A DNA stretch of 63,697 nt, filler included, from Lama guanicoe (GCA_013239625.1; 200 parts of 200 records of this genome joined end to end with filler, not necessarily neighbours in it), one strand, 5' to 3'. Counted from the whole stretch's first letter, positions 11,702-25,236 are shown. Notes: generated from the letters alone by a model not told the origin. A program made the numbers and translations.

Positions 11702-12120
11702 NNNNNNNNNNNNNNNNNNNNNNNNNNNNNNNNNNNNNNNNNNNNTTAATTAATTAANNNNNNNNNNNNNNNNNNNNNNNNNNNNNNNNNNNNNNNNNNN
11801 NTAGCCGTTTCTCAGGGCTCACAATGCGTGTTTGTTTGTCATGGGGAGAGGGGTTCTAAGTCGAAGTAGAAATTTCTCTCTTGGTAACGACACGTTTGTT
11901 ACTAGGGAAAAATAAGGAAGTCGTCACTGTTAGGTTGGACACAATGAAGAATGTCTGCTTGACCTTTCTGCAAGATTGGTTCAAGATCCTTTAATCAACG
12001 CTCAAGGGCAACTATCAGCTNNNNNNNNNNNNNNNNNNNNNNNNNNNNNNNNNNNNNNNNNNNNTTAATTAATTAANNNNNNNNNNNNNNNNNNNNNNNN
12101 NNNNNNNNNNNNNNNNNNNN

Positions 12121-12190
12121 CGGAGGGAGGGGCCGGGCAGCGCACGCGCGCGGATTGGCTCCCGTGGCCTCGGGGGCGGGTCTCGTGGCC
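12121..12190. promoter_or_regulatory. CpG-rich promoter edge with CCAAT box (ATTGG) and GC box
   Basis: 'gcgcacgcgcgcggattggctcccg...gggggcggg'. Confidence 0.45.
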
Positions 12191-15100
12191 ACACAGACTT
12201 GTAGTCTTGTTGCCTATTAGGAATGATTCTGCTATGAACGTTTCTACACAAGCTGGGGTTTTTTTCACCAAGTTGTTCATTGTAATTTTCCTTGAACTTC
12301 ATAGATTAAAAAACTAAAACAGCCCAAGGCAATCTACAGNNNNNNNNNNNNNNNNNNNNNNNNNNNNNNNNNNNNNNNNNNNNTTAATTAATTAANNNNN
12401 NNNNNNNNNNNNNNNNNNNNNNNNNNNNNNNNNNNNNNNCAGCGTAACAAGGGGCATGAGCTTCATGGCTGCTTTGGTTTCCCTTTTGCCTGCTTCCCTT
12501 TCCTCCTACTCACTTCTTCTGCCCCAAGTCCCATGGGGGTGATGAGGAGCGGCCCAAGTAGATGCTGTGTACACAGTGGGTTTTTGGCACCACCGAGCCC
12601 CCCCTGAGTATAGGAAATCCAATATTTTATGATAGACTGTGTGTAAACCTGACCAGCCNNNNNNNNNNNNNNNNNNNNNNNNNNNNNNNNNNNNNNNNNN
12701 NNTTAATTAATTAANNNNNNNNNNNNNNNNNNNNNNNNNNNNNNNNNNNNNNNNNNNNTGTCAGAGGCAGGGCCCTGAGAAATGACCTCCAGGACAACAC
12801 TGGCACACTGGCTTCCCAGAGGTGCCTGCCAACCAGGGTGGTGGAGACACCCCCGGAACACACACTTTGTCCCCTGCTTGGCATCCGTGAAGGCAGAGAC
12901 TGGAAAGTTGGACATTATTGCAGAAAAAGACCATAGTTCCAAATTTCACACAAGTGCATCAGTTTGATAGAACCTAANNNNNNNNNNNNNNNNNNNNNNN
13001 NNNNNNNNNNNNNNNNNNNNNTTAATTAATTAANNNNNNNNNNNNNNNNNNNNNNNNNNNNNNNNNNNNNNNNNNNNTCTCCTTTTCTCTATGGCAATAG
13101 CAATAACTTTTTAATGCACGGGTCTCACTTTCCCATAAAGCTGTGAGCTCCTGAACTTCAGGGTGTCTTTACATGCACTGCCCATGTGGGGCTCCCTTAG
13201 CAGGACAGCTATGATGCGGCAGGACCAGTGCTGTGATGGGGTCACGGGTAACAGGCCAGGTGGGAACCACAGGAGAAGCACTTAATCCAGTGTGAGNNNN
13301 NNNNNNNNNNNNNNNNNNNNNNNNNNNNNNNNNNNNNNNNTTAATTAATTAANNNNNNNNNNNNNNNNNNNNNNNNNNNNNNNNNNNNNNNNNNNNAAAT
13401 AGTATCTTAGTAATGCTCTGAAAGTAATTTTGACTGGGCATCTGATTGAATCTCAAACATAGGGAGGGCACACTAGAGCGAGGATACAGTTGTAACTGGA
13501 CAGAAGCAGTGGTCGCTGTGTTAGCACAGCGAGAGGTTTGGTACACTGAGAGGGACACAGTGCCACCTTGTTTGGTCTGTCCTTAGACAGAATATGTCAT
13601 GGTCTTGTCTTGTCTNNNNNNNNNNNNNNNNNNNNNNNNNNNNNNNNNNNNNNNNNNNNTTAATTAATTAANNNNNNNNNNNNNNNNNNNNNNNNNNNNN
13701 NNNNNNNNNNNNNNNAGGTTCTACTTTTGAACAATACTATTATAGGTATTCAACAGCATGTCAAATGACCCAGACACTCATCTAAATCATTAAATTTAAA
13801 AGTGTTTTCACTTTAGGTTCCACAATCTACTGACGCTAGTAACTGCTCAGTTAATGACACTAGTTACTATCACTGAGGAAGGAACAGTTGGAAAATACCA
13901 TTTGTTTTGTAAAAAAGTATCAAAATAAATTATCNNNNNNNNNNNNNNNNNNNNNNNNNNNNNNNNNNNNNNNNNNNNTTAATTAATTAANNNNNNNNNN
14001 NNNNNNNNNNNNNNNNNNNNNNNNNNNNNNNNNNCATCCTTCCCCAAAGTGCTTTCCCAATTATGCTGCCACTTGCTTCCCTAGAGTCCATCCAACAAAT
14101 CATTCGCACACCAGCAGAAGTTTAGAATACCACCACTTCTCTGATACGCCCCTCCCACCCCCGCTGCCCATCCTCCAGCCCCTAGCGACCCTGGGGGCAC
14201 CTTGTAAAGGATACAACTCGAGCATCGGGCTTCGCGGGGCTCCACTCAAGGCGNNNNNNNNNNNNNNNNNNNNNNNNNNNNNNNNNNNNNNNNNNNNTTA
14301 ATTAATTAANNNNNNNNNNNNNNNNNNNNNNNNNNNNNNNNNNNNNNNNNNNNTCAGTACTGTAGTTTTATTCCCATTTTACGTGTCAGGGTAGTGAGAT
14401 CTTGAGAGGTTTGAATGACTCACAATTAACAGAACAGAATAGCAGGACGGAGGGAACTGAGACCAGGAGCCAGGTCTCTCCCCTCCAGGGTGAGAACCTT
14501 CTCCCCGCCAGGGGCCATTCCTGCGGCACCGGTGGGGGCTGTAACTGAAGCCGTGGGCGAGCACTGGAACCCNNNNNNNNNNNNNNNNNNNNNNNNNNNN
14601 NNNNNNNNNNNNNNNNTTAATTAATTAANNNNNNNNNNNNNNNNNNNNNNNNNNNNNNNNNNNNNNNNNNNNTTCCTTCACTGACTGTACTACTTGGCTA
14701 TTTCAGTGATAGCACATGAACACATTTACTACTTAGGCAAATTAGAGAAAATATGCACTGTAGGAGGTGGTGAAGCTAGAAGGAGTTGATGGTAAGAGGA
14801 GATGGCTATGCAGATCAGCGGGACCAAGGCTCATTCTCACATGGCTCAGAGTGCCAGGAGACAGGGTGCTGGATGGGTAATTGGCTTTGACNNNNNNNNN
14901 NNNNNNNNNNNNNNNNNNNNNNNNNNNNNNNNNNNTTAATTAATTAANNNNNNNNNNNNNNNNNNNNNNNNNNNNNNNNNNNNNNNNNNNNTCAGTATAG
15001 AAACAAACAAATGAAAAAAAGATGCCCTTGAGAAACCACTATTCACTCCTGGCCAAGGTGACACTAAGTTCAGAGCGTTCTGAAAGGAAAAAAAAAATTA

Positions 15101-15310
15101 TATCTACATCTCTGAGACCCTGTATATGATTCAGGTTTATGTCAGCAGCATCTGAATGATGTGTGGCTGGCAAAGGACAAAGCACCAGTGCCTCTGTTTT
15201 ACATGGTAAGNNNNNNNNNNNNNNNNNNNNNNNNNNNNNNNNNNNNNNNNNNNNTTAATTAATTAANNNNNNNNNNNNNNNNNNNNNNNNNNNNNNNNNN
15301 NNNNNNNNNN

Positions 15311-15529
15311 ATTGTCAGTGCGTGGGGGAGCACGAGAGACAAATCCACACAGCTCTTTTCAGTCACAGGTGTTCCATGTTAGGGGGAATTCAGAGAAATA
15401 CCTTCCGTAAGCTTGGGGAGGCAACCTCTGTCACTGGGATTGCCTGGAAACCACCCTAGCATTTCGTGGCACAGAGACAATAGGAAAAAACCCAGGGGAG
15501 ACGAGCATAGGCATTCTGTTAGAACCCAC
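15311..15529 (+). repeat. ~265-bp satellite, partial copy 2
   Basis: 'gagacaaatccacacagctcttttcagtcacaggtgttcc...gagaaataccttcc...caggggagacgagcataggcattc', colinear with the other copies. Confidence 0.85.
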
Positions 15530-15629
15530 NNNNNNNNNNNNNNNNNNNNNNNNNNNNNNNNNNNNNNNNNNNNTTAATTAATTAANNNNNNNNNNNNNNN
15601 NNNNNNNNNNNNNNNNNNNNNNNNNNNNN

Positions 15630-15848
15630 TTTGTTTTTTTAAAAAATGCTTAAAGTTTTTAATTAAAAAGATTTTTTAACCTCTTTTTAATTGAAGGATA
15701 GCCAGTTTACAATGTTGTGTCAATTTCTGGTATATAGCATAATGTATCAGTCATACATATACATACATATATTCTTTTTTCATATTCTTTTTCATTATAG
15801 TTATTACAAGCTATTGAATATAGTTCCCTGTGCTCTACAGTAGGTCCT
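15630..15848 (-). mobile_element. LINE-1 3' UTR end
   Basis: 'ttaattgaag.atag..agtttacaatgttgtgtcaatttctggt...ttattacaag.tattgaatatagttccctgtgct'. Confidence 0.85.
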
Positions 15849-15988
15849 NNNNNNNNNNNNNNNNNNNNNNNNNNNNNNNNNNNNNNNNNNNNTTAATTAA
15901 TTAANNNNNNNNNNNNNNNNNNNNNNNNNNNNNNNNNNNNNNNNNNNNCGGTAGCTCTGCTGCTCTGTGCGGCTGCGCGCTCTGCGCT

Positions 15989-16094
15989 GGCGCTCCGTCC
16001 TGGTCGCGCGCCACCCCGTTCGGCGCTCCGCCCTGTTCGTGCTCCGTCCTGGTCGGCGCTCCGCCCTGGTCGGCGCTCCGCCCTGGTCGCGCTC
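15989..16094. repeat. GC-rich 16-17 bp tandem array (6 units, consensus GGCGCTCCGCCCTGGTC)
   Basis: Units start at 15989, 16006, 16022, 16039, 16055 and 16072. Confidence 0.9.
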
Positions 16095-18181
16095 AGTGGG
16101 TGGGCTCGGGGAAGACCGAGGGGCAGCCTTGTCCCTGCTCAGAGCCAAGACCCAGCTGCTTGTTTGTNNNNNNNNNNNNNNNNNNNNNNNNNNNNNNNNN
16201 NNNNNNNNNNNTTAATTAATTAANNNNNNNNNNNNNNNNNNNNNNNNNNNNNNNNNNNNNNNNNNNNGAACAGAAAATGCAAAATAGGATATAAATATGT
16301 CTTGGTCCTCAAAGAATTTACTGAAATGTATGCTTTGAGATCTTTTATACTTACAAAGCAATCTAAAATAGACACATAGTCAGAGACTCCCTTGAAAAGA
16401 CCATGTAATAATTCTTCCCTTTAATACAGAGTGGACAGAATAAACAATCTAGGATTATCTTTTTCCCCAAAAAAAATCTACAGCTANNNNNNNNNNNNNN
16501 NNNNNNNNNNNNNNNNNNNNNNNNNNNNNNTTAATTAATTAANNNNNNNNNNNNNNNNNNNNNNNNNNNNNNNNNNNNNNNNNNNNGTCCTTGACAAGCA
16601 TTAATTTGGAAAAGACTGAGACTGTAAATTCAAACGTATCAGAGACCCATTTTATGAATCTCTTGTTCATAAGATACTTTCTGTATTTTATTTTTAACCT
16701 GCGTCCCCTACACACGGGGTGAAGGGGTAATGAATAATGTAATGAAGGGGTAATAAGAGTAAGCAATACCCATACTTAAGGCTTCAGGATTTGTTTTGCA
16801 TCAGGNNNNNNNNNNNNNNNNNNNNNNNNNNNNNNNNNNNNNNNNNNNNTTAATTAATTAANNNNNNNNNNNNNNNNNNNNNNNNNNNNNNNNNNNNNNN
16901 NNNNNCTCACAGGAAGTAACCAGCATCCTGAATCCTGGCTTACCATTCTCTTGTATTATTTTCACACACACAATATTTAAGATCAGTTAAAATACATGAA
17001 CTGCAGGTACATGCAACGAAATGGATGAATCATACACTCTACGTTAAATTGAAAAATTAAGCCCTAGAAGGTAGCTTATAATGTGCTGTGCTTTTAACTT
17101 TGTATATATATGTCAACTAAACTCNNNNNNNNNNNNNNNNNNNNNNNNNNNNNNNNNNNNNNNNNNNNTTAATTAATTAANNNNNNNNNNNNNNNNNNNN
17201 NNNNNNNNNNNNNNNNNNNNNNNNGGTTTTTCTCCATTCAGGATGCTTTCAGGCACCTGAGCACATGTGCCCAGCACCCTGTCAGAACCGAAATGAAAGA
17301 GGGAGGGAGGGAAGGAGAGAGAAAGAGGGAGAGAGAAAGGCAGACTATGACTGTATTAACTTATCCGGAACGCAGCAACCAGAAAAACCTGGCAGTCAGC
17401 CATCTAAATGTCTGCATACATGTAAATTCTGTATGTTAAGGGTNNNNNNNNNNNNNNNNNNNNNNNNNNNNNNNNNNNNNNNNNNNNTTAATTAATTAAN
17501 NNNNNNNNNNNNNNNNNNNNNNNNNNNNNNNNNNNNNNNNNNNTGAAGGTGGTGCCATTTAATGAGATGTATAACACCTTTTTATTGTGAAAAATAAAAA
17601 TTTTTTTGTGTTATATTTACTAAATTGATATCCAACTGCAAATCTCAAAAAAATAGAGGTGTTTCTCATAGAGATGTTAAAATTAGGGTAGAGATAAGGG
17701 CTGGAGACACAACGGTGTACTGCTTCAGTATATATTGGTCAGGGAAAAAAGCACCATCCAACNNNNNNNNNNNNNNNNNNNNNNNNNNNNNNNNNNNNNN
17801 NNNNNNTTAATTAATTAANNNNNNNNNNNNNNNNNNNNNNNNNNNNNNNNNNNNNNNNNNNNAGGCTACTTAATTTACATGCCTGGGTGTACATCAGCCC
17901 CATTTTTTTTTTCTGGTTCATATTTACTTACTTCCTGTTGTTTTTTTAACTTGATGGTGATGAACTTGCTGTTTACTAAACACCAGCTCCCAGAGGCTAA
18001 GAGCCTGGGTCCCAGGCACGTCCTGAGCCGGTGTGTCCTCCTGCTTCAGAGTCTGTGGGTGCAAAGGGCCCCATTTAGAAGNNNNNNNNNNNNNNNNNNN
18101 NNNNNNNNNNNNNNNNNNNNNNNNNTTAATTAATTAANNNNNNNNNNNNNNNNNNNNNNNNNNNNNNNNNNNNNNNNNNNN

Positions 18182-18400
18182 CTCAACAGGAGGAGAGCAC
18201 AGGCCAGTCTGAGGTTTTAAAAGATACTTCTGACTGCCGTGCGTGGCACGGGCGGCAGGGAGCGGCAGGGGTCGCGGGGGTGGCCAGGCGGCGTGCTGCC
18301 GCGCGGCCAGCAGGGCCCGACGGGAGCTAGTACCAGTGTCGGCGTCAGAGAGGGGAGGAAGGAGCGGATGGACTTGGGAGGCTCTCTGGAAGTTGTCTTG
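18182..18400 (-). mobile_element. L2 remnant, unusually GC-rich
   Basis: 'tgaggttttaaaagatacttctgactgccgtgcg...ggatggacttgggaggctctctggaag' follows the antisense L2 pattern. Confidence 0.55.
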
Positions 18401-20733
18401 NNNNNNNNNNNNNNNNNNNNNNNNNNNNNNNNNNNNNNNNNNNNTTAATTAATTAANNNNNNNNNNNNNNNNNNNNNNNNNNNNNNNNNNNNNNNNNNNN
18501 TTCTCCATCTGCATACCGTACATTTAGATTTTTCTTTTCCGTCTTTCCCCGTGGGGGGGGGGGACAAAACATGAGATCGGTCTCTTGTAGACAGACCTCT
18601 AGTGCTGGGATCACAGGGTTAGCAGTTTCAGCGTTTCCAAGCAAGTGTCCTTCTACCCTGTAGATTGCCTTTGTTGCAAGAGTGGCAAAAACTCTTTCCC
18701 AAAACATATGCCAGAATTTNNNNNNNNNNNNNNNNNNNNNNNNNNNNNNNNNNNNNNNNNNNNTTAATTAATTAANNNNNNNNNNNNNNNNNNNNNNNNN
18801 NNNNNNNNNNNNNNNNNNNCCTTTGCTTATTACACATGCATAAGGCTTTTATTTTATTACATACCTCTTGGACATGAAAGGATTCATTTCTGAGGTTGTT
18901 CTATCTCAAAGCTGAAGTCTTACACAGGCCCTAATTAAACATGGCACTGCTATTTAAACCCTCTGATTTAAGAACAAGATGGAATCGTAGTTCAAGCCTT
19001 TGAAGTAAAACTCTGCTGCATATGCAGTTCGTGGAGTTNNNNNNNNNNNNNNNNNNNNNNNNNNNNNNNNNNNNNNNNNNNNTTAATTAATTAANNNNNN
19101 NNNNNNNNNNNNNNNNNNNNNNNNNNNNNNNNNNNNNNTCGCTTACAAAAGGAAACTAGGCAGCTATTTAAAATGACAGAGTAGATAGTTAACATTGTAT
19201 AAATAATACAGTGTTAAATGAATCACCTGCAAGATAGTACCTACAGTATGATCTGATTTTCCTAAATATGTTTATTTTTTAAATTGACGTGTAGTTGATT
19301 TATAACATTGTATCACCACATTTAGTATAATAATCTCTAGGTCTGTCCATGTTGCTGNNNNNNNNNNNNNNNNNNNNNNNNNNNNNNNNNNNNNNNNNNN
19401 NTTAATTAATTAANNNNNNNNNNNNNNNNNNNNNNNNNNNNNNNNNNNNNNNNNNNNAGCCGGAGGAATAGGGCAGGTGGGTCCGTCTGTTGAAACTCTT
19501 TAAATTACTTGCATATAAAGCAGGACAGTGTTTGGAATGTTAGACTCCAGTGATTCTCTTTTCATAGATTTTTTTAAACACTTGTTTTTTTCTCGTCTAA
19601 TGGCATTACGAAATTATTCTCATTTATTCAAGCAACCACATATACCACCAGGGGGAGATTCAAGTACTGCCAGTCTNNNNNNNNNNNNNNNNNNNNNNNN
19701 NNNNNNNNNNNNNNNNNNNNTTAATTAATTAANNNNNNNNNNNNNNNNNNNNNNNNNNNNNNNNNNNNNNNNNNNNGGAACAAAAGCCTTCATCTTGCCC
19801 CGGCTATAGGTGAAGAGGAGAGAGGAGGAAAGACAAAAGGAACATCCCTGAGGAAGGGGCAGGACTACACAAGCCCCACCAAAGGCACAAGGCAGAGCTT
19901 GCTGCCATGGCTGGAGGGGCAGGGTCGCTGAGAAAGCACCCCATCCGAGACCCAGAGACCCAGGGCCTGCGTAAGACCAAGGCTGGACCAGAGTCNNNNN
20001 NNNNNNNNNNNNNNNNNNNNNNNNNNNNNNNNNNNNNNNTTAATTAATTAANNNNNNNNNNNNNNNNNNNNNNNNNNNNNNNNNNNNNNNNNNNNTCTCA
20101 CAAAGGGATCCCTAAGGCTCCTCTAGCTTTAGATTTGTTGAGTCCAAGGACCTCCTGTTCCTTGGAGACCACAGCTTAGAAACAGAGCCTACCGCAGGGA
20201 CTGGGGGCTGGGAAGGATTCCTACTACTCTTGACCGAAGTATTTTTTTCTGAGTGTTGGGAGCTCCATGGGATGAGGTGCACTTTCAGCTCCTTCCCCTG
20301 GCCCAACACGAAGGNNNNNNNNNNNNNNNNNNNNNNNNNNNNNNNNNNNNNNNNNNNNTTAATTAATTAANNNNNNNNNNNNNNNNNNNNNNNNNNNNNN
20401 NNNNNNNNNNNNNNCCAGCCGCGGAGGGCGGGCCGGGTTTCCCGTCTGGACCGAGATCAGGCCGGAGCCATCCCCCCGCGGGCAGGGAAATGCACCCGCA
20501 CGTGCTCCCCGGGGGCGGAGAGGGCCGTGTCCTCTGCGGGGTCATCGGGCGCCCAGTTGGGGCCGCAGGGTCCCCACCCTTCGTGTGGATCTCCAGTCCT
20601 TCATGTGACCGCGCTCCTGCCACTGAGGCCGCTNNNNNNNNNNNNNNNNNNNNNNNNNNNNNNNNNNNNNNNNNNNNTTAATTAATTAANNNNNNNNNNN
20701 NNNNNNNNNNNNNNNNNNNNNNNNNNNNNNNNN

Positions 20734-20952
20734 TACAGATAATATACTGTATGTAGTATATAGTGTGCATATAGTCTGTAGTGTACTATATATAGTATAT
20801 AGTGTGTCTGTAGTACATATATAGTAGTTTGTATATAGTATATATAGTATATAGTGTGCATATAGTCTATAGTATTCTATATATAGTATGTAGTGTGTAT
20901 GTAGTGTATATATATAGTGTGTAGTGTGTATATATGCTATATATAGTACGCT
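20734..20952. repeat. Degenerate TA/TAG/TG-rich minisatellite
   Basis: Repeated 'tatatagtatatagtgtg'-like units across the fragment. Confidence 0.9.
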
Positions 20953-22689
20953 NNNNNNNNNNNNNNNNNNNNNNNNNNNNNNNNNNNNNNNNNNNNTTAA
21001 TTAATTAANNNNNNNNNNNNNNNNNNNNNNNNNNNNNNNNNNNNNNNNNNNNAGGAAGTGGGGAGGGTAGGAGATCTGAATTGGAGGAAGCAAGCAACCT
21101 GGTTTGTGCATGACAAGCTTGAGACGCTGTAACAACAGCCTACCGGAGGGAAGGAGAGCAGGCCCTCATTACACCATTCCACTTCCAAGGGAAATATGAC
21201 AACAAGAACCAACACATCGTGTGAACAAGACACTGAGTGAGGACAGTCCTGCCTCCCATCTGCTAGGCAGGNNNNNNNNNNNNNNNNNNNNNNNNNNNNN
21301 NNNNNNNNNNNNNNNTTAATTAATTAANNNNNNNNNNNNNNNNNNNNNNNNNNNNNNNNNNNNNNNNNNNNCCCCTGAGAAATGCCTGGAAGGGTCTTGA
21401 GCAGGGAGCAGGCACTGTCACACCTCCCAGACAGGTACAAGTCTGCATCTGCAAAGACCACAGCATCACAGGCATGAAAAACCCTGACCCTGGGAAAGAA
21501 AGGGAAGGAGAGGGTGTGCGGGATAGGAAGGTAGCAAGTGTAAAGAGATTCCAGGGCAGGGGTCCCTTATGGGGCCAGGCAGCTAAAAAANNNNNNNNNN
21601 NNNNNNNNNNNNNNNNNNNNNNNNNNNNNNNNNNTTAATTAATTAANNNNNNNNNNNNNNNNNNNNNNNNNNNNNNNNNNNNNNNNNNNNATGATAAACT
21701 GGAATTTTTTAAAAGAACAATGAAAAAGATACAAGCACCAAAAAGAAACAAATGATGCATTAAAATATGTACCTCTTAATTTTTGAATTATTTATTTCAT
21801 ATTTTTGCATTTATTAATATATCAGTTTCTAAATTATTTATATACATTTAGAATAATGAACATAATCAGGCATAAATACACTTAATATACCTCATGATAA
21901 ATAAACCTGNNNNNNNNNNNNNNNNNNNNNNNNNNNNNNNNNNNNNNNNNNNNTTAATTAATTAANNNNNNNNNNNNNNNNNNNNNNNNNNNNNNNNNNN
22001 NNNNNNNNNAAACCTCCTGGAGGAGGCGGCAGCCTAGCCGGGTTCTGTAGGCGGCACAAGCGCTTGCCAGGCAGCGCAGGTCATGGTAAGGGTGTGCCCA
22101 GCACAGGCGGCTGCTTGGTTCCCTGCCCGGAATCTTGGCTCCAAGGTCACCCTTCTGCCAGCCTCCTAGGAGTCCTCCGACACGGGTCTTGTCTACCAGG
22201 TCCTTCCCACGTGTCTGTGCAGGGATCTNNNNNNNNNNNNNNNNNNNNNNNNNNNNNNNNNNNNNNNNNNNNTTAATTAATTAANNNNNNNNNNNNNNNN
22301 NNNNNNNNNNNNNNNNNNNNNNNNNNNNTGTGGGAAATAATAATAGTGGATGTACGTTCATTTGAAATAACCTAAATGCCTGATAGTTAAGGAATTTCGT
22401 TGATTCTCCACGTATTTTGCTTGTGTGTTTTCACATCTGAATCAATGCCCAAGATTTCCTTCTACCTGAAACCCTAACCTCCTCACGCCTAGGTCTTCAT
22501 GAAGAATGTGACTTATCTTTAAAGACCTATCTCCAGTATCACTGCCANNNNNNNNNNNNNNNNNNNNNNNNNNNNNNNNNNNNNNNNNNNNTTAATTAAT
22601 TAANNNNNNNNNNNNNNNNNNNNNNNNNNNNNNNNNNNNNNNNNNNNAGGATAGCAAAGCATAGCATCGCTGCCGCGTGCAGGGCACCT

Positions 22690-22749
22690 CTAAAGACTGC
22701 GTTCACTTTCACCTTCAGTGATGTCAATGGACGTGATCTGTACACGGCA
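22690..22749 (-). CDS. Candidate short exon (CRVQITSIDITEGESERSL*), unidentified
   Basis: Acceptor 'ccccattttcag|TGC' followed by 19 codons and TAG. Confidence 0.3.
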   Translation of the reverse strand, partial: CRVQITSIDITEGESERSL

Positions 22750-22966
22750 CTGAAAATGGGGAGTTTCAGTGTAACTCTACTGTACAATTCATTTCAGAAT
22801 GCTTGGCAAAAAAAAAAAAACACATAAGAAGGTGAGCTGTCCTTTTGGTGGCTGTGAGAAAAAAAANNNNNNNNNNNNNNNNNNNNNNNNNNNNNNNNNN
22901 NNNNNNNNNNTTAATTAATTAANNNNNNNNNNNNNNNNNNNNNNNNNNNNNNNNNNNNNNNNNNNN

Positions 22967-22970
<4 letters not shown>

Positions 22971-23008
<38 letters not shown>
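22971..23008. repeat. (TA)19 microsatellite next to an antisense L1 3' end
   Basis: Read directly; followed by 'ttattgaagtatagttgatttacaatgttgtgttagtt'. Confidence 0.95.
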
Positions 23009-23012
<4 letters not shown>

Positions 23013-23922
23013 AAAATTTTTATTATTGAAGTATAGTTGATTTACAATGTTGTGTTAGTTTTAGGATACAGCAAAGCGATTCAGGTACATATATGTGTGT
23101 GTGTGTGTGTATACATGTATCATATATATATATTCTTTTCAGATTCTTTTCCATGATAAGTTATTATAAGACACTGAATACAGTNNNNNNNNNNNNNNNN
23201 NNNNNNNNNNNNNNNNNNNNNNNNNNNNTTAATTAATTAANNNNNNNNNNNNNNNNNNNNNNNNNNNNNNNNNNNNNNNNNNNNAAGTCTTATTTGAAAA
23301 TTATGACTTATTTAACCTAACAGTTGCCTTTTCTTTAATCATTAAATATAAATTTATTTCTAAATTAAGAAGCGTTTTGAAAAACTCTTGGTAAAATACA
23401 ATTAAAATGCCTTCCGTTGCCAATAGATTTAAAACTTGAGAAAGTAGAAAACCGTGTTTGTCTTGGTCATGTGTTTTTCCTTAGATTCTGGCATTGTGCT
23501 AAGNNNNNNNNNNNNNNNNNNNNNNNNNNNNNNNNNNNNNNNNNNNNTTAATTAATTAANNNNNNNNNNNNNNNNNNNNNNNNNNNNNNNNNNNNNNNNN
23601 NNNAAAAAATGAACCAATATGAGCTTTCTGATATTTAAAAATCTAACCTTTGTTCATAGCCTTCATCCTATTAAGCCTTTGGTTGATATGATTTGAAACT
23701 ATTTTTTGTTTCCAATTTCTTCTCATGAATGTTACATTCTTTGGTTCTGTTTTAGCAGCTTAAATCAAGCTTTCAGGGCTTAGAGTGGATCAACCAGATA
23801 AGAAGCCCTGTTCAACTAAAAGNNNNNNNNNNNNNNNNNNNNNNNNNNNNNNNNNNNNNNNNNNNNTTAATTAATTAANNNNNNNNNNNNNNNNNNNNNN
23901 NNNNNNNNNNNNNNNNNNNNNN

Positions 23923-23996
23923 GCGGGCGCGGCGACCCCGGCGCCGGCGCAGAGGAGCAGCGCCCACAGCCCGCAGAGCCGCGCCGGCCGCTCCAT
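23923..23996 (-). CDS. IL13RA1: Interleukin-13 receptor alpha-1, first coding exon (signal peptide), truncated by the fragment end
   Basis: MERPARLCGLWALLLCAGAGVAAP vs human MEWPARLCGLWALLLCAGGGGGGGGAAP (recalled). The upstream 'gcagcccggcggggctccgaagcgaggggctgcATG' also resembles the human 5' UTR. Confidence 0.93.
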
Positions 23997-24141
23997 GCAG
24001 CCCCTCGCTTCGGAGCCCCGCCGGGCTGCAGCCGCGGCAGTCTCCGCCTCCTTCGCTCCCTCTCCCACTTCCCGGCTCCGCCGCGCTGGAGGCCAAGGGC
24101 CGGCCGAGACGGGAAGAGTCGCCCCGCCCACCGGCCGCAGG
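23997..24141 (-). promoter_or_regulatory. IL13RA1: IL13RA1 5' UTR / CpG-island promoter
   Basis: CpG-rich sequence directly upstream of the ATG, with a GC box (GGGCGGGG) and an ETS-like GGGAAGT. Confidence 0.75.
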
Positions 24142-24879
24142 NNNNNNNNNNNNNNNNNNNNNNNNNNNNNNNNNNNNNNNNNNNNTTAATTAATTAANNN
24201 NNNNNNNNNNNNNNNNNNNNNNNNNNNNNNNNNNNNNNNNNCAGCGCCCCTGACAGAAGAAACAGCTTGTCAGGACGCTCTTCTCACTGAGCCGACTTAG
24301 GCAGCAGCATTTCGGGAGCAACCACGAGGGAAGGAAAAGTCAAGGGAAGAGAGAATAAAGATCTTAGTCACTGGAAATGGAGTGTCTGAAGGGGAAACTC
24401 AGCAAGACCCGCAATCCTGCTCTGAGTTGTACAAGCAAGAGACTAGCCTCCAGTTACACANNNNNNNNNNNNNNNNNNNNNNNNNNNNNNNNNNNNNNNN
24501 NNNNTTAATTAATTAANNNNNNNNNNNNNNNNNNNNNNNNNNNNNNNNNNNNNNNNNNNNTTTTTTTTTTGGAGGGACAGTTTCGCTTCAGTGTGAGGGC
24601 AGTGCATCCCTGTGCCTGTGCCCTAGGGTGGGGTGGGGCTTCCCATTGATGCCACTTGGCATGGTCCTGGCCCAGGGCAGTTTGGGAGCTGCCTGGGCTA
24701 CTTATCTGCCCTTTTAAGGCAGTGCTGGACATGGATAGGTGGGGAACCAGGTGAGTGTAGCCCTCCTTTGCTGGCTCTCNNNNNNNNNNNNNNNNNNNNN
24801 NNNNNNNNNNNNNNNNNNNNNNNTTAATTAATTAANNNNNNNNNNNNNNNNNNNNNNNNNNNNNNNNNNNNNNNNNNNN

Positions 24880-25098
24880 TTGAATCTGTAGATTAATTTG
24901 GGGAGAACTGACTTCTTAACAATATGAAATTTTTAACCCCGAACAGAGTATTTCTCCGTTTAGGTCTTCCATGATTTTCTCAGTAGTATTTTAGAGTTTT
25001 TAGTGTCTGGGTCTTTCCGTCTTTTATGAGCTTACCTGTATTTCTTATTTTTCAGTGCAGTTATAAGTAGTGTATTTTTATTTATTTGTTTTAAAATA
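24880..25098 (-). mobile_element. Old LINE-1 ORF2 fragment
   Basis: 'ttgaatctgtagattaatttggggagaactgac..cttaacaatat'. Confidence 0.82.
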
Positions 25099-25236
25099 NN
25101 NNNNNNNNNNNNNNNNNNNNNNNNNNNNNNNNNNNNNNNNNNTTAATTAATTAANNNNNNNNNNNNNNNNNNNNNNNNNNNNNNNNNNNNNNNNNNNNTT
25201 AGCAAGTCTACTGACTTTATCTTCAAAACCCATCCA

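Noticed and set aside
18501..18719. Further satellite copy
   Set aside because: No alignable motifs with the four ~265-bp satellite fragments.
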